This document shows positions 18,814 to 28,619 of a stretch of DNA of 64,000 nucleotides, piece by piece (position 1 is the stretch's first letter; every line of letters starts with the position of its first letter). Both the position numbers and the translations under genes were made by a program. The notes under the pieces are model-generated. The model was not told the origin of the DNA and did not search any database. It saw only the letters and a program-made list of their open reading frames with translations. The stretch is from Candidatus Obscuribacteraceae bacterium (GTDB lineage: Bacteria; Cyanobacteriota; Vampirovibrionia; Obscuribacterales; Obscuribacteraceae), in assembly GCA_044226015.1 (NCBI GenBank), contig JBGAHS010000006.1, positions 256,001 through 320,000 of the forward strand, read 5' to 3'.

Positions 18814-19974
18814 CTAATTTATGGAGTAATCAACCCACTGCGCTTCCGAAGCTTCTGGCACTTCAAGTTTGCTAAGCAACTTACCCAACACTCTCTCCGG
18901 CACCGTGCTTTCACGCTCGGCGTTTCGCCGAAACAATTCGCTAAAGGATTCTGGTTCAACATACACAATGCGAAATCGCGCTTTGTATGGTGCCATGAAT
19001 GAAATCAAAGTAGAGCGCAGAGAACTCGTGACGTTCGTTGCATTCCAAACGAAGTCGCTTCCGTTGCGCAAGTACTCCAGAGCCTTCTGTCGAGCTCTTG
19101 CGACGACAGCACCCTGCGAGTCTTCGGGGTCGATGTCTAATTCATCTCTGATTTCGTCGAGTGACACCACCGGTAATCCATGGCAGTTATCCTCGACCCA
19201 CGAGTCTTTTCCAGCCCCTGGCAGTCCAGACATTATTGTCACAATCAATCGCGAATCATCAAAAACATCGCGATCAGGAAGATTTGAATTGCTGTGAAAG
19301 TAATGAAATTTACTGTGCTCACTAGCAAACTCATAGGGCGATGAAGAGCATTTGTTCTCAGTACAAAATTCCTTGAACAGCTGCAATCGAGAATACAGAT
19401 CTTGCTTATCAGAACAATCACGTCCACCAATATCAGCTTCTGCAAGGACAGAGAGCCAATCTAAGCGAACAGACATACTTGCACGAATCACAGCTTTGAC
19501 GGGATCTTCCTTTTCGTAGAACCACATCGGAAGTCCGGAAAATCGGACTAATTTAGAAATTTGTTCTCTCAAACTGAACGGTGGGAAACTAAATTCATCT
19601 GATGTCCAAAGAATCTCACGCGCCATAGAAGTACCTATGCGTGTGTGCTTGAGAGATGTTATTTTGCCTTCGTGATCAATTTTCGTTGTGGCTGGCTTTG
19701 CAACATCGTGCAATAGCGCGGCAGCAAACACAACATTTCTAGGAGTTTCATCCAGCGATTGCCAGCTTTCAGAAGCAACAAGCGACTCGCATACGAGTTG
19801 CGTATGCTGAAACACATCACCTTCTGCATGGTGATGGGGATCTTGCAAGCAGCCTTTCATGGGCTTCATCCAAGAGCACTTTTCCAGCTTTTGCCACTGA
19901 ATTTTCTCGCCAGGTTTCGGACACAGACTAAAAGACCATTTATTTTGCATGGAACTATTATTCGAAGCGTTCAT
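18814..19974 (-). CDS. HD-domain phosphoesterase fused to a P-loop polynucleotide kinase (HD-Pnk-like)
   Basis: HAEGDVFQHT, ALLHDVAK and EADIGGR (HD); GLPGAGKD P-loop, SLDEIR (DxxR) and WNATN (kinase). Confidence 0.85.
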   Translation of the reverse strand: MNASNNSSMQNKWSFSLCPKPGEKIQWQKLEKCSWMKPMKGCLQDPHHHAEGDVFQHTQLVCESLVASESWQSLDETPRNVVFAAALLHDVAKPATTKIDHEGKITSLKHTRIGTSMAREILWTSDEFSFPPFSLREQISKLVRFSGLPMWFYEKEDPVKAVIRASMSVRLDWLSVLAEADIGGRDCSDKQDLYSRLQLFKEFCTENKCSSSPYEFASEHSKFHYFHSNSNLPDRDVFDDSRLIVTIMSGLPGAGKDSWVEDNCHGLPVVSLDEIRDELDIDPEDSQGAVVARARQKALEYLRNGSDFVWNATNVTSSLRSTLISFMAPYKARFRIVYVEPESFSELFRRNAERESTVPERVLGKLLSKLEVPEASEAQWVDYSIN

Positions 19975-19975
19975 C

Positions 19976-20755
19976 TCAAAATATGCTTGTCTCCGCGCTT
20001 AACTTATTGGGAATTATCGGTCTATCTAACCAATGAGATTCGGACTCGACAACAGTGCTTAAGAAGCTTTTTCGAACGAGTTTATAGCGCTCAATTACCG
20101 AACCATTTTCTTCAACCTTGATGTAGAGCCCTTCCATATCGAGGGAAGAATCAGTCTCTCTCAAAGCTATTTCCGACGACAATGAATGACTTTTGCAATA
20201 ACTCAGAAGATCATCCACGTGATTTGCCGAAATGAAACGAGACTTTCCCAGCAAGCTCAACAATGATTTGTGATCACTAAAAGCGCCTGTTGAAAGCACT
20301 TTCACAGAACGAACGCAGCTTCCTGCAAAAATCTTCTCTCTTCTTTCAGTAGATAGAAAGGTTCGGGTTTCGCGATCATAAACATCAAATTCTAGCCAAT
20401 AGTGCGGCAATTCATTGTAATAAACAGTGTGTTTAGCATACAGCCACTCACCGTATGCGATGAATCGACTACCAAGCAATTCCCTCAATTCATTCGCATG
20501 AGTGTTCGCCCACTGCTTGAACAGGTTGAAATGCTTCTCTCTCTCCCCTCCTGTAAGGAAGTGCCCACGACTCTGCAAGAAGAGAGTTCCATCTTGGTCA
20601 AAGCTTAGCGCAGAATTCGCACCATCCATTTTTTCCTCAACCACCAAATGGCGTCCCCTAATCTGTGAAAAAGGAACGCTATCGAGGTCTTCGTCGCCAG
20701 GCTGAAATCGCGAGCCCTGAATATGGTGAGTACGAGGGTACTTGATCAGCTGCAT
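19976..20755 (-). CDS. ATP-dependent RNA ligase family nucleotidyltransferase
   Basis: KYPRT, motif I EKMDG, SRG, YGEW, FDVYD, EGLYIK, YKLVR; no OB domain. Confidence 0.88.
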   Translation of the reverse strand: MQLIKYPRTHHIQGSRFQPGDEDLDSVPFSQIRGRHLVVEEKMDGANSALSFDQDGTLFLQSRGHFLTGGEREKHFNLFKQWANTHANELRELLGSRFIAYGEWLYAKHTVYYNELPHYWLEFDVYDRETRTFLSTERREKIFAGSCVRSVKVLSTGAFSDHKSLLSLLGKSRFISANHVDDLLSYCKSHSLSSEIALRETDSSLDMEGLYIKVEENGSVIERYKLVRKSFLSTVVESESHWLDRPIIPNKLSAETSIF

Positions 20756-20757
20756 AA

Positions 20758-21456
20758 CTATGGTGAGACGTACTTTGTTGCCACTGCAATGAGGTGGTTC
20801 AAAACGCCTTGAAATCGGGGCTTAGCGCCAGCGTCAGAAATCATCGTCTGCAGAGCTTTCTTATCTAACAAATGAATATGCTCAGGGTTATCATCTTCAG
20901 ATGATGGAACCGAAATAATGATGTTGCGGCGACTCACCCGCACGGCCTCTTTGATTGCTTTGGCTGGGTCTTTCATGTGCTCGAGAACTTCAAGCAACGT
21001 CACCACGTCGAAGGATTTATCAGGGAACGGAAGAGACCGGGCATCACCCTTGATGGCATCAAGTCTAACGATGCCGCCTTTATGAACAGCCAACATGTCG
21101 TCAACACGGTCTTCTCTCAAATCCATGCACGTTACATCTAACCTTTGAAATTCGGTCAAAAGCGGCCAGACGAAGACGCCTCTGCCGGAACCGATGTCCA
21201 ACAAATTGCTGGGAGCTAAGCCTTTCAAGACTCCAAGCACGCGTTGTACACGAGCTAACTCCATCGTACGCTTGAATTTGTGGAGTTTTAGCCCAGACTG
21301 AGTGCCCAAATTGAAGAGTGTATTGCGTTCAGCCGAACTGAGCATTGCTAACGGTTTGGAGAAGATTTCGGGATCTGCCTCATTAGTGCCGAGCTTGCCG
21401 CGAACAAATGCTGCCGCAAGTTCCATGTGATAACGATCTTCAAGTTGTGTTTCCAC
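20758..21456 (-). CDS. Class I SAM-dependent methyltransferase (Hen1-like motifs)
   Basis: LLDIGSGRG, GDARSLPFPDKSFDVV, EVLEH, ISVP...PEH. Confidence 0.88.
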   Translation of the reverse strand: METQLEDRYHMELAAAFVRGKLGTNEADPEIFSKPLAMLSSAERNTLFNLGTQSGLKLHKFKRTMELARVQRVLGVLKGLAPSNLLDIGSGRGVFVWPLLTEFQRLDVTCMDLREDRVDDMLAVHKGGIVRLDAIKGDARSLPFPDKSFDVVTLLEVLEHMKDPAKAIKEAVRVSRRNIIISVPSSEDDNPEHIHLLDKKALQTMISDAGAKPRFQGVLNHLIAVATKYVSP

Positions 21457-21634
21457 GTAACAAAATCCCTAGATGCCAACTGCTGCTTAAATGAATTGAA
21501 CACATTATCGGGCGCTTTGTGCTGCATACGGTCCCGAAATCATATATTATCTTTAATCTCCTTCGGCAGGCGCAGCCATGCATGAGTCCCAGGTTTCAAG
21601 ATAAATTGATGAAAGTTGATGAGAGGTATGCCCA

Positions 21635-23851
21635 GTGACTAGCCCAAGACCGCATCGAATTCGAGTCAGAAAACGAACACGACAGGTGGCACCTGGGGCT
21701 GAGGCGAATAGTGAGATCACTCCTTTGAGGTTGAATGATCCCGCTTTGTACATCAACAGAGAGTTGAGCCTTCTTGCATTTCAAAAAAGAGTCTTGGAAG
21801 AAGCACAGGATGAGACTAATCCGCTGCTTGAGCGCTTCAAATTTTTGTCAATTCTTGGCTCTAATCTCGACGAATTTTTCATGGTTCGCGTTGCTGGACT
21901 GAAGCGACAACTAGAATCTGGAGCGGTCCCAGCACTGCCAGATGGCATGACTCCCGCAGCGCAGCTCGCGTCCATCCGAACTGACGTTACAAATCTCTTG
22001 CATACATCTTATGCTTGCTTGTCGCAACAGTTGTGGCCGGCGTTAAAAGAAGAAGGCATACAAATACTACAGTACTCTGAGTTGAATGCTCGACAGAAAG
22101 CCAAAGCCAGAGAGTATTTCATCCACACTGTTTTTCCTGTGTTGACGCCACTTGCGTTCGACCCGGGCAGACCGTTTCCGCATATTTCGAACCTCAGTTT
22201 GAACCTGGCAGTATTAATCAAAGACCAGAGTGAGAATGAACGTTTTGCGCGAATCAAAATTCCTGATACTCTGCCGCAGTTAATTCCTCTGGACAAACTG
22301 ACTGCCGTTCCAAGTGGTGGCAAGCGTAATGATGCTGACAAAAAAGCGCGCTGTTTTGTTTGGCTGGAAGATTTGATTGCAGCCAATCTGCAAGACCTGT
22401 TTCCAGGTATGGAAATCATTGATGCACATCCTTTCCACATAACAAGAAACGCTGAACTCGCAATTCAAGAACTTGAGGCAGGCGACTTACTCGAAACAAC
22501 GGAAGAAGGACTCAGACAGCGAAGATTTGGTGACGTAGTTAGACTTAAGGTCAACTGCTCGATGCCAGTCAACATTCTGCAAATCCTAGTCAATAATCTG
22601 GAAATTGATCTCGACGATGTCTATCACGTCGAGGGAATGCTCAGCCTCAACAGATTGAGATACATCGGCAGCCTTGATCGCCCTGACCTGAAGTACACGC
22701 CATTTACGCCGCTTGTTCCAGGCAGCTTGTACTCGGAGAATCGCGAATTCGACATTTTCGCCTCAATTCGCCAACGCGATATTCTTTTGCATCATCCGTA
22801 CGATTCGTTCCAGCCGGTCATCGACTTTCTGCGCGCAGCGGCCCGTGACCCTGACGTGCTCGCAATAAAAATGACTCTGTATCGAGCTGGAAGAAACTCG
22901 CCAGTGGTAGAAGCTTTGCTCGACGCAATGGAAAATGAAAAGCAAGTTGCAGTACTGGTTGAGCTCAAAGCTCGGTTTGACGAAGAAAGTAATATTGAAT
23001 GGGCCAGAGCACTTGAAGCTGAAGGCGTCCACGTTGTTTATGGATTGCTGGGGCTGAAGGTACACTCGAAGATTGCACTTGTAGTACGAAGAGAGGGTGA
23101 TACCATTCGGCGTTATGTACATTTGGGCACAGGCAACTACAATCCGCTGACGTCGCACTTCTACACAGACATTGGCTTGTTTACTTGTGATGAAGAAATT
23201 GGTGCCGATGCAACAGACCTCTTCAATTATCTAACTGGCTATTCTGCAAAAACAGATTATCAAAAGTTGGCAATTGCACCAATCAATCTGCGCCAGCGCT
23301 TGGAAGCAATAATAAAGCGCGAAATAAGACATCAGCAACATGGTGAGCGAGGTCATCTCATCTTCAAGATGAATGCTCTGGTCGATCAAGAAATGATTGA
23401 AATGCTCTATGAAGCATCACGAGAAGGCGTGCAAATCGACTTGCTGGTTCGCGGAATATGTTGTTTGCGCCCCGGTATTCCAGGTGTCAGCGAGAACATC
23501 AGAGTTATTAGTGTTCTTGGAAGATTCCTCGAACACAGCCGCATCTATTACTGCCGAAATGGTGGCAAGGAAGAAATATACATGGGTAGTGCGGATATAA
23601 TGCCTCGAAATCTCAACAGAAGAGTCGAAGTCATTTATCCTCTGGAAGATCAGAAGCTTATCAGACAAGTTCGCGACGACATTCTACATACCTACCTTTC
23701 GGATCGCGTCAAAGCACGCGAAATGAAAGCAGATGGAAGCTATATTCGTATGGCAGCAAAACCATCCGAAAAGCGCATCAACGCACAGGCAGACTTTATT
23801 GCCCGGCGTTTAGCTGAGCAAGATAGTCGTCCAGAAAGAGCTGAGGATTAG
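21635..23851 (+). CDS. ppk1: Polyphosphate kinase 1
   Basis: NRELSLLAF, SNLDEFFMVRVA, LHHPY, LKARFDE, LKVHSK, GTGNYN, GRFLEHSR. Confidence 0.97.
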   Translation: MTSPRPHRIRVRKRTRQVAPGAEANSEITPLRLNDPALYINRELSLLAFQKRVLEEAQDETNPLLERFKFLSILGSNLDEFFMVRVAGLKRQLESGAVPALPDGMTPAAQLASIRTDVTNLLHTSYACLSQQLWPALKEEGIQILQYSELNARQKAKAREYFIHTVFPVLTPLAFDPGRPFPHISNLSLNLAVLIKDQSENERFARIKIPDTLPQLIPLDKLTAVPSGGKRNDADKKARCFVWLEDLIAANLQDLFPGMEIIDAHPFHITRNAELAIQELEAGDLLETTEEGLRQRRFGDVVRLKVNCSMPVNILQILVNNLEIDLDDVYHVEGMLSLNRLRYIGSLDRPDLKYTPFTPLVPGSLYSENREFDIFASIRQRDILLHHPYDSFQPVIDFLRAAARDPDVLAIKMTLYRAGRNSPVVEALLDAMENEKQVAVLVELKARFDEESNIEWARALEAEGVHVVYGLLGLKVHSKIALVVRREGDTIRRYVHLGTGNYNPLTSHFYTDIGLFTCDEEIGADATDLFNYLTGYSAKTDYQKLAIAPINLRQRLEAIIKREIRHQQHGERGHLIFKMNALVDQEMIEMLYEASREGVQIDLLVRGICCLRPGIPGVSENIRVISVLGRFLEHSRIYYCRNGGKEEIYMGSADIMPRNLNRRVEVIYPLEDQKLIRQVRDDILHTYLSDRVKAREMKADGSYIRMAAKPSEKRINAQADFIARRLAEQDSRPERAED

Positions 23852-23963
23852 TCAACTTTGCTCTAGTAATCAGAGTCCATACATTCACCATAGAGGCTTG
23901 TTTCATTCTGAAGCAAGCCTCTAGGAATTTGCATCCAAACCAATTGAGCTTACCTGACTCAGC

Positions 23964-24545
23964 TTATAATGTTTCAGATCGGAGAAATTCCTCATACGCT
24001 GGCGTCTTTTCTGTTTTGCAACCGCTCAAAGACTCAAGCGACTCTGTTCCTTGTGCGTTTTCGGCTTTGAGAAGTCCAGACCTCACACCAATTAATGTAT
24101 GCACATCGTTGAACAACGAACCATCCGATTTGGATAGTAGAAGCTCCTGCCGCAATTTGTCATAGCCTGACTTGTCTAAAACAAAGTTACTCTCGACGTC
24201 ACTCCACGCCTCTGCAGGTGGTGGCTCAAGTCCATTTTTGTGTTTCAGCAAACCGATTCTGTACAATGCAAAATTTCTTGTTTCGGAGATGATCTTCTTG
24301 CAAGCGTCATCCTTCACATATCCAAGTACATAGTCTGCCAGGGCTACTGTCACCCGGTCATTGGTAAGTGATTCAGCCATTCCAACTAACAGCTTTGCTG
24401 CACGATCATTTTTTGAATCCATCACTAGCGAATGGTACAGCAGTCTCAAGCAGCTACTTTCCATATCAGCTTGGGTCCATATTTCATTGGCAATTGTTGC
24501 TGCTTCATCGGCGTTCAAATCACCGATTGATTTGGTTTTGTTCAT
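23964..24545 (-). CDS. Hypothetical protein, candidate immunity protein
   Basis: 193-aa ORF starting 22 nt after the stop of the long 24568-26964 gene. Confidence 0.6.
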   Translation of the reverse strand: MNKTKSIGDLNADEAATIANEIWTQADMESSCLRLLYHSLVMDSKNDRAAKLLVGMAESLTNDRVTVALADYVLGYVKDDACKKIISETRNFALYRIGLLKHKNGLEPPPAEAWSDVESNFVLDKSGYDKLRQELLLSKSDGSLFNDVHTLIGVRSGLLKAENAQGTESLESLSGCKTEKTPAYEEFLRSETL

Positions 24546-24567
24546 CTCGTCTCCCGCTTAAAACAGT

Positions 24568-26964
24568 CTATCGCCCCTGATAATTTGGAATACCTTGCCC
24601 ATGAAACTTTGTTCTTAGAGATCTAATTGAGCTATCAATCACACGCTTCCAATTATCATAACCAAGTTTTTCAAGTTCTTTGCCAAAACGCCATAACTCA
24701 TACGCCATTACAGTAGGATCATGGTGTGTATCAGACGACGGCAAAGGCGTCTCTAGTATATTCAGTTTTGACTTAGTACTTATGGTTTTTCCGATAATTT
24801 CAGCGAGTTCATTTTCTCTTTGCAAATCAAGTATTTTGGCAGCCTCCAGCCTGGTAAGAGAGGGATTTGCCGCTCTAAGGCGCGAATTCAAGTTGTCACG
24901 TGTCACGTCATCGGCAACGCCTATAACCAGATGCTTGCGCTCAATTGGCACATTCTTATCAGGAAACTCTAAGCTTGAATTTGACACGCGTGAATCTACA
25001 AGTTTTCCGTTTCGCAAGCCCAATGTTTTTTCGGTTACATCTATGGGATACATTTCACCCGTACTCTTATTAACGAGCAGTACGTCGCAACCTGCCATAT
25101 CGGCAGCATTTTCACCAGGCATTGGAAGGGCAATCCAGTCTTTAGCTCGCTCAGGACTTACTCCATTAGCCTTCAAGGCTGCCTGGAAGTGGGGATTTTT
25201 GTCGAGTCCCTTATCGAAGAGGGACTTCAATGAATTGCTCACCTCTCGCTGTGTACCGCTGCCTGAACGAGTTTCGATTGAACGATCTAGCCCCCCACTG
25301 CTGCGTCCATCCCAGCCATACTGTTTTACCAGTTTCTCTTTCACAACATCGTATAACGTGTCTTCTGCAGCGTAGTACTTTTCCAGAAGCTTTTCTTCTT
25401 CAGTAGCGCGATGTGCGTCTGGCTTTAGCTCAATATTCTTAGCTTCAGACCTGAGTTTTTCCACTTCATTTCTCAAATCGCCCAGTTGTTTTTCGAACTT
25501 TTTCTCAACTCGTGCCAATGCCTCAGCCTGCTCGAAGTTTTTGACTTGCAGGTTCTTCCGCATGTCCAAAAGTTCTTTGTTCATCTGACTGAGACCTTCT
25601 AAATTCTCAAGTACAGGTGTTTTCGCAAGATTATCAACGTCTCCAGCGAGCTTCGAGAACGATATCTCAGGAACCCGTCCTCTAGCGGCACCACCTGTTG
25701 TCTTCAAAATCTTTGACTCAGCACCTTCCTTGGCCGACATGGCTAGGAAACCATCATTCGGAATTCCAGCAAACGCAAGCTTCCTTTGACCGCCTCCATT
25801 TGCAAGCACAGCTAAGGCGTCCCAACATTCATCTCCCAGGGTTTTGAGTGATTTTGCGACGGACGAGAAATTGATCTGCTTCAAACATGCTTCTGTTTCC
25901 TCTCGGATTGCTGTTCCAAGTGTTGAACCTTCAGGAAGTCCAACACCTCCAGTAGCCAGGGTAAACGCAGCTTTATAGCAATCGGGACCCAATATTGATT
26001 TGCTCTTGTCGGCAAAATTTAGGAGTTCCTCATTGCTGCAATTTTTTAGCTTATCGTTCATATAGGCTAATTTTGCATTTCTCTCTCTGTGCTCAGGCGA
26101 ATTGAGCTGATCGTTCGTTAAAAGAGTTATGCCCCCGACCAGCGCTGAAGCCAATATGGCAGGATGAGCCTTCTCCAAGATAGCACCAATTGCGGTGCCT
26201 GCAAGAAAATTGCTGCTACCTTCATGAACAGTTTGTGCCGTGTTCTTCGTAACTTGCTTGTGCGCTTCATCAGCAGCTCCAAACATAGGAGCGATTCCGA
26301 ATACAATTAGCTGTTTGCCAACTAGCCTGGCGTTGTCAGCGCCAATGAATTTACAAAGATCGGGACCAAGCAAGAGAGCCGAGGTTGCGGTCCCCATGTC
26401 TCCTTTGGCTATCTTGAGTGCTGCTATATTCTCTTTGCCAAACCTTTTTTCAGCACCGTCTATCAACGTGTTAGTGGCGGTATCGATTTTCGCCAGACGC
26501 TCTGCCTTCGAATTTTTCTGAGCAGCATCTTCAATTTGTCCGGTCTTCATATCGCCAGACTTATGTCCATCATGATTTATCAGTTCAGCTTTGACGTTTA
26601 GACTTACTTGGGGCAAAGTGCCACGCTCAGAAGACTGTTGCTTTGCCAGAGCTTGTGGTGAAACTTCCTTTTGCCGCTCAATCTTGATATTTGAATGCTT
26701 GTTATCAGAGTGAACTTGCGAATCAGCGCCTTTAGAGAAGAGTTCAGCCGCAGAAACGAACTTACCATGCTTATCACCAGCACCTGTGATGCCACTCTTT
26801 CCGCTTTCACGCTGATGCTTTCGTTGTTGCTTTACTTGTTCACTCAGATCTTTGAACCCAACCGTAGCTTCGGAACGCTCTTTCGACTCTAAGTTCACTC
26901 TATTGTGACTCTCAGCTTTAACTGACTGATGTTCTGCACACTTGTGATTGCCTTCGTTTAACAT
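24568..26964 (-). CDS. Large hypothetical protein with polymorphic-toxin-like architecture
   Basis: Low-complexity N-terminus, Gly/Ala hydrophobic helices, coiled coil, C-terminal ADMAGCDVLLVN...IDVTEK motif; start uncertain (26964 or 27021). Confidence 0.6.
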   Translation of the reverse strand: MLNEGNHKCAEHQSVKAESHNRVNLESKERSEATVGFKDLSEQVKQQRKHQRESGKSGITGAGDKHGKFVSAAELFSKGADSQVHSDNKHSNIKIERQKEVSPQALAKQQSSERGTLPQVSLNVKAELINHDGHKSGDMKTGQIEDAAQKNSKAERLAKIDTATNTLIDGAEKRFGKENIAALKIAKGDMGTATSALLLGPDLCKFIGADNARLVGKQLIVFGIAPMFGAADEAHKQVTKNTAQTVHEGSSNFLAGTAIGAILEKAHPAILASALVGGITLLTNDQLNSPEHRERNAKLAYMNDKLKNCSNEELLNFADKSKSILGPDCYKAAFTLATGGVGLPEGSTLGTAIREETEACLKQINFSSVAKSLKTLGDECWDALAVLANGGGQRKLAFAGIPNDGFLAMSAKEGAESKILKTTGGAARGRVPEISFSKLAGDVDNLAKTPVLENLEGLSQMNKELLDMRKNLQVKNFEQAEALARVEKKFEKQLGDLRNEVEKLRSEAKNIELKPDAHRATEEEKLLEKYYAAEDTLYDVVKEKLVKQYGWDGRSSGGLDRSIETRSGSGTQREVSNSLKSLFDKGLDKNPHFQAALKANGVSPERAKDWIALPMPGENAADMAGCDVLLVNKSTGEMYPIDVTEKTLGLRNGKLVDSRVSNSSLEFPDKNVPIERKHLVIGVADDVTRDNLNSRLRAANPSLTRLEAAKILDLQRENELAEIIGKTISTKSKLNILETPLPSSDTHHDPTVMAYELWRFGKELEKLGYDNWKRVIDSSIRSLRTKFHGQGIPNYQGR

Positions 26965-27159
26965 GGGTTCGTTACCACACTTGAGTAGACGCGAGATGCT
27001 CGAGCCAGGTGGAAGGAACAAATAAATGAACAGCGTCGCTGATCATCGTAACTGCAATCAATACTAGTAAGTCTTTGACCAGTAAATTGCTTCCACCAGT
27101 AAACGAATTATCGCGACCGAGTCTGAAATTTCCTTGAAAGTTAGAAAAAGGACGAAAAT

Positions 27160-27942
27160 TTAGTTCATCCAATCCATATCAGCGATGCGATCAGCCCTCT
27201 CCAGTGCTTGAGAAGCCTTTTCCTTAAACCCTTCGTCCACCAATCTCAGTCCCCGCACGGCAAGGGCACGAACAAAGGAATTGCCACTGCCTGCATCTTT
27301 GACATAAACCAAGTCTGCTTTGGACTCCTGTGGATACGGAGAAAATACACGCCAGAAGCCACAAAACGCACGCGTCTCGAGTTGTTTTGGTTTAGAAAAC
27401 GCAAGATCCATAAGGGTGGTCATAGGCAAATTTCCGCGCAAAAATTGCAACACGGGGTAAGGCCAATCTTTGTTTTTTATCTTGTTGTCGACCGCGTTTG
27501 CTAGAAATGCGTTCGCCTCTTCAAGGCTGCTCTGCTTCACTTTGAGCGCATACATGAAGTAAACACTGACGCAATCCCACTCATTAGAGTCGAGTGACTT
27601 TTGAAGGTCTTTCAGCGCTGCATCAAAATTACCATCTATCATGTATGCCAGTGCGCGGGTGCGCAGGATGATTCTGTCTTTTGGTCCAATCCCAATAGCT
27701 TTGTGCAAATCTTTGAAAGCCCGTTCGTCCTGTGACTGAAGCAGGTAAATTGTGGCTCTCGCGACAAGAGCAGATGCGCATTTCGGATTGCGCTTCAAAA
27801 TATTGTTGTAGACGCCCAAAGCAGCATCGATTTTGCCAGACTGTTCGTACAAATTTCCGAGAGCCAGAAGGACATTGTCGACGGGGTTTTCTTTGACTTT
27901 GTTTTTCTGGGCAATCGGCTCGGTAATAGTTTTTGGACTCAT
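27160..27942 (-). CDS. TPR protein (NlpI-like C-terminal helices)
   Basis: Repeated TPR units (LGNLY..G...A, A...RA..Y, R..AY...G....A); WPYPVLQFLRG. Confidence 0.8.
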   Translation of the reverse strand: MSPKTITEPIAQKNKVKENPVDNVLLALGNLYEQSGKIDAALGVYNNILKRNPKCASALVARATIYLLQSQDERAFKDLHKAIGIGPKDRIILRTRALAYMIDGNFDAALKDLQKSLDSNEWDCVSVYFMYALKVKQSSLEEANAFLANAVDNKIKNKDWPYPVLQFLRGNLPMTTLMDLAFSKPKQLETRAFCGFWRVFSPYPQESKADLVYVKDAGSGNSFVRALAVRGLRLVDEGFKEKASQALERADRIADMDWMN

Positions 27943-28361
27943 GACCCATACCTCGACGCGCCACTTCACATCCCTAATTTCATTATAGGTTCGAGTCCTG
28001 AATTCGTACAGAGAGGGTCCAGGGGGTCCAAATCGATGGAACAGTTACAACACAAGCACAAATGGCAAGATGGAGTGAAATCGCGGAATTTTCCCAAGTT
28101 GAATTTACAATCAAAAAAAATGCCCATGCACCTAAATAATTGAGCACAGGCTGTCGGCGAGCTATTTGTGAGCTAAGGGAATCTGACACTGCAGAGACCC
28201 ATTGCAAAATTTGAATTCTAGAACTTTGTTGGCTTAAGAGCCTATCTAGTAATACGGACGGGCATACAGAGCCGCAATCCGTTATTGAATTTTTCTGTGA
28301 CAGTAGAACAAGTTTGACTCTCAATCCAGAAACAGTAGTACCGCATCAGGACCAAGTAGAA

Positions 28362-28433
28362 CTAAACCAACTCGCGAACTACCAAACCGGTTGCCGCTGC
28401 TGCTGCCATTGCTGCCATCGCTAAAAGTAACAT
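28362..28433 (-). CDS. Small hydrophobic peptide (23 aa)
   Basis: MLLLAMAAMAAAAATGLVVRELV* with AGAGAGGAGA SD 7 nt upstream. Confidence 0.5.
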   Translation of the reverse strand: MLLLAMAAMAAAAATGLVVRELV

Positions 28434-28619
28434 CGAAAACTCTCCTCTCTACGTCTATGAAAAACTAGACGAAGAAGTTTCGGTTTTTATCCTGCAATTT
28501 CAGAAATTTAATGATACCGCCAGTGGTTGCCAAGTGATTCCGTACTTTTCAATCAGTTAGCAAGTCACCATCTGTGGTGCACATGTTGCGCAACGAAGTA
28601 TGCTTCGAAAGTGAGGGAT

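Noticed and set aside
27985..28001. tRNA T-arm-like GGTTCGAGTCC
   Set aside because: No acceptor stem, D arm or anticodon arm can be built around it.
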